From Eubacteriales bacterium (lineage in GTDB: Bacteria; Bacillota; Clostridia; Oscillospirales; CAG-272): 64,000 bases of DNA. The notes under the pieces are model-generated. The model was not told where the DNA came from and searched no databases. It saw nothing but the letters and a program-made list of their open reading frames with translations. Shown piece by piece: positions 62,887 to 64,000 of the stretch. The DNA is taken from assembly GCA_045531485.1 (NCBI GenBank), contig JAZSEC010000024.1, positions 3,666 to 67,665 of the forward strand, written 5' to 3'. Position 1 is the stretch's first letter, and each line of letters begins with the position of its first letter. A program made the translations under genes and the position numbers.

Positions 62887-63216
62887 TTATTTCGCGTTAA
62901 GCTCTATGTAGTTGTCATGCTCCTGCCACTCATGAGAGAAGAAGTTAGTGAAAACGACCTTAACGATCTCAAATCTGAATCCGATAGAGTCCTCGAAGAG
63001 AATCTCTTCACTCTCGGTGGTATAATAATATTCGCCGCTGTCCTCGGGAACGGTGAGATCCGAAAATACAGTCGCATTCTCTATGCGGTAAACCTCGTGG
63101 CCGCCCTTCTTGAAAACAAGATCAACGTTACCCACCGCGGCATAAATAACAAGTATGATAACAACCGCCAGAATTGCACTGATTATACCCGCGTTACGGG
63201 AAGCTCTATCCTTCAT
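62887..63216 (-). CDS. Small N-terminally anchored hypothetical protein
   Basis: RBS AAAGGA before ATG 63216. One TM (IISAILAVVIILVIYAAV) followed by an approximately 80-aa acidic ectodomain. Confidence 0.5.
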   Translation of the reverse strand: MKDRASRNAGIISAILAVVIILVIYAAVGNVDLVFKKGGHEVYRIENATVFSDLTVPEDSGEYYYTTESEEILFEDSIGFRFEIVKVVFTNFFSHEWQEHDNYIELNAK

Positions 63217-63347
63217 AATAATTATCCTTTCAGACAAATAAATACTTTTCTAAGTTAATTATATCACCATAAAGAAAAAAAGTCAATATATAAATAATTA
63301 TAAATTCCCCGCCCGATTAAATTAAGGCAAAGAATTGATTTTAAAGG

Positions 63348-63376
63348 TTGACTTTTTTAGTGAAATATTGTATAAT
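63348..63376 (+). promoter_or_regulatory. Promoter for pflB
   Basis: TTGACT, 17 nt, then TATAAT, about 75 nt upstream of the start. Confidence 0.6.
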
Positions 63377-63453
63377 GTTTTGTCAAAAGAATTGTTTGCC
63401 TTATTTTGTGGCAAGCTTAACTATAAAAAGACTTTTTGAAAGGAAGAAAAAAA

Positions 63454-64000
63454 TGGCTTATAATTATGAAGCATGGTCGGGATTTGAGGCAGGCACATGG
63501 GTTAAGGAAATAAACGTGCGTAGCTTTATCCGACACAATTACACACCCTACGACGGAGACGAGGCATTCCTCGAGGGAGCAACAAAGGACACACTTTCAC
63601 TCTGGGATCAGGTAATGGAGCTTACCAGGCAGGAGAGAGAAAAGGGCGGCGTGCTGGATATGGACACCAGCATTATCTCTACCATCACCTCTCACGGCCC
63701 CGGTTATCTTAACAAGGATATTGAGAAGATCGTCGGCTTCCAGACCGACAAGCCCTTCAAGCGTGCACTTATGCCCTATGGCGGTATCCGTATGGCAGAG
63801 AAGGCATGTGCGGACAACGGCTATACCATTGATCCTCAGGTAAAGGAGTTCTTTACGACTCACAGAAAGACCCACAACTCCGGCGTTTTTGATGCATACA
63901 CACCCGAAATGAAGGCGTGCAGAAGTGCTCATATCATCACCGGTCTGCCCGACGCATACGGACGTGGCAGAATTATCGGCGACTACAGAAGAGTTGCACT
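63454..64000 (+). CDS. pflB: Pyruvate formate-lyase, 5' part (runs off the window end; not in the ORF track because no stop is reached)
   Basis: RBS AAAGGAAG. The translation MAYNYEAWSGFEAGTWVKEINVRSFIRHNYTPYDGDEAFLEGATKDT...GLPDAYGRGRIIGDYRRVA is collinear with the E. coli PflB N-terminus. Confidence 0.9.

Noticed and set aside
1-64000. Mobile elements, prophage, defence islands, toxin-antitoxin pairs, and rRNA or tRNA genes.
   Set aside because: No transposase, integrase, recombinase, phage structural, restriction-modification, cas or helicase-nuclease genes were seen. There are no terminal inverted repeats and no cloverleaf-like or rRNA-like sequence in the intergenic regions.

Overview
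All homology calls below are motif recognition by eye on the supplied translations; no searches or computations were run. This is a chromosomal, metabolism-dominated 64-kb segment. By gene content it looks like a Gram-positive strict anaerobe of the Clostridia: Bcd-EtfAB/thiolase/CoA-transferase, pyruvate formate-lyase, a split MetH activation domain and a DUF1667 glp-like trio. Translation and transcription signals fit that, with GGAGG-type ribosome-binding sites and TTGACA-17-TATAAT promoters that often carry a TG extension. I call 54 protein-coding genes, two of them truncated by the window edges. I see no rRNA or tRNA, no CRISPR, and no transposase, integrase or phage genes.

Blocks:
(1) 1-12.6 kb holds an ABC permease tail and a solute-binding lipoprotein. 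Four surface lipoproteins follow: a staphylococcal-nuclease homologue, two giant multi-OB-fold paralogues and a Big_2 + barnase-type RNase. They face a convergent surE-nrnA-nrnA unit.
(2) 13-17.5 kb is malQ plus a lipoprotein pullulanase.
(3) 17.5-33.2 kb is 15 co-directional minus-strand genes, with two hairpins after the 12th. They encode MaoC dehydratase, Bcd, EtfBA, thiolase, a FabG-like SDR, a KASIII-like enzyme, a Liv-type ABC system, a CoA-transferase and two alpha/beta hydrolases. A divergent TetR gene sits upstream.
(4) 34.1-36 kb is a lipoprotein built from ten tandem Cys/Asp/His repeats, plus an AEC transporter.
(5) 36.3-52.9 kb is a pectic-oligosaccharide locus. It has LplABC-like transport, GH28, GH105, GH4 and an AraC regulator, and it also carries four unassigned 4-TM proteins and two MsmK-type ATPases.
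(6) 52.9-59.8 kb is a glpA-like trio fused to metF, a MetH activation protein and metH.
(7) The remainder is an M16 peptidase, a small anchored protein and the pflB 5' end.

The most unusual items are the Cys-repeat lipoprotein, the putative extracellular nucleic-acid foraging cluster, the R-stereochemistry acyl-CoA/Liv operon and the orphan 4-TM family inside the sugar ABC operon.
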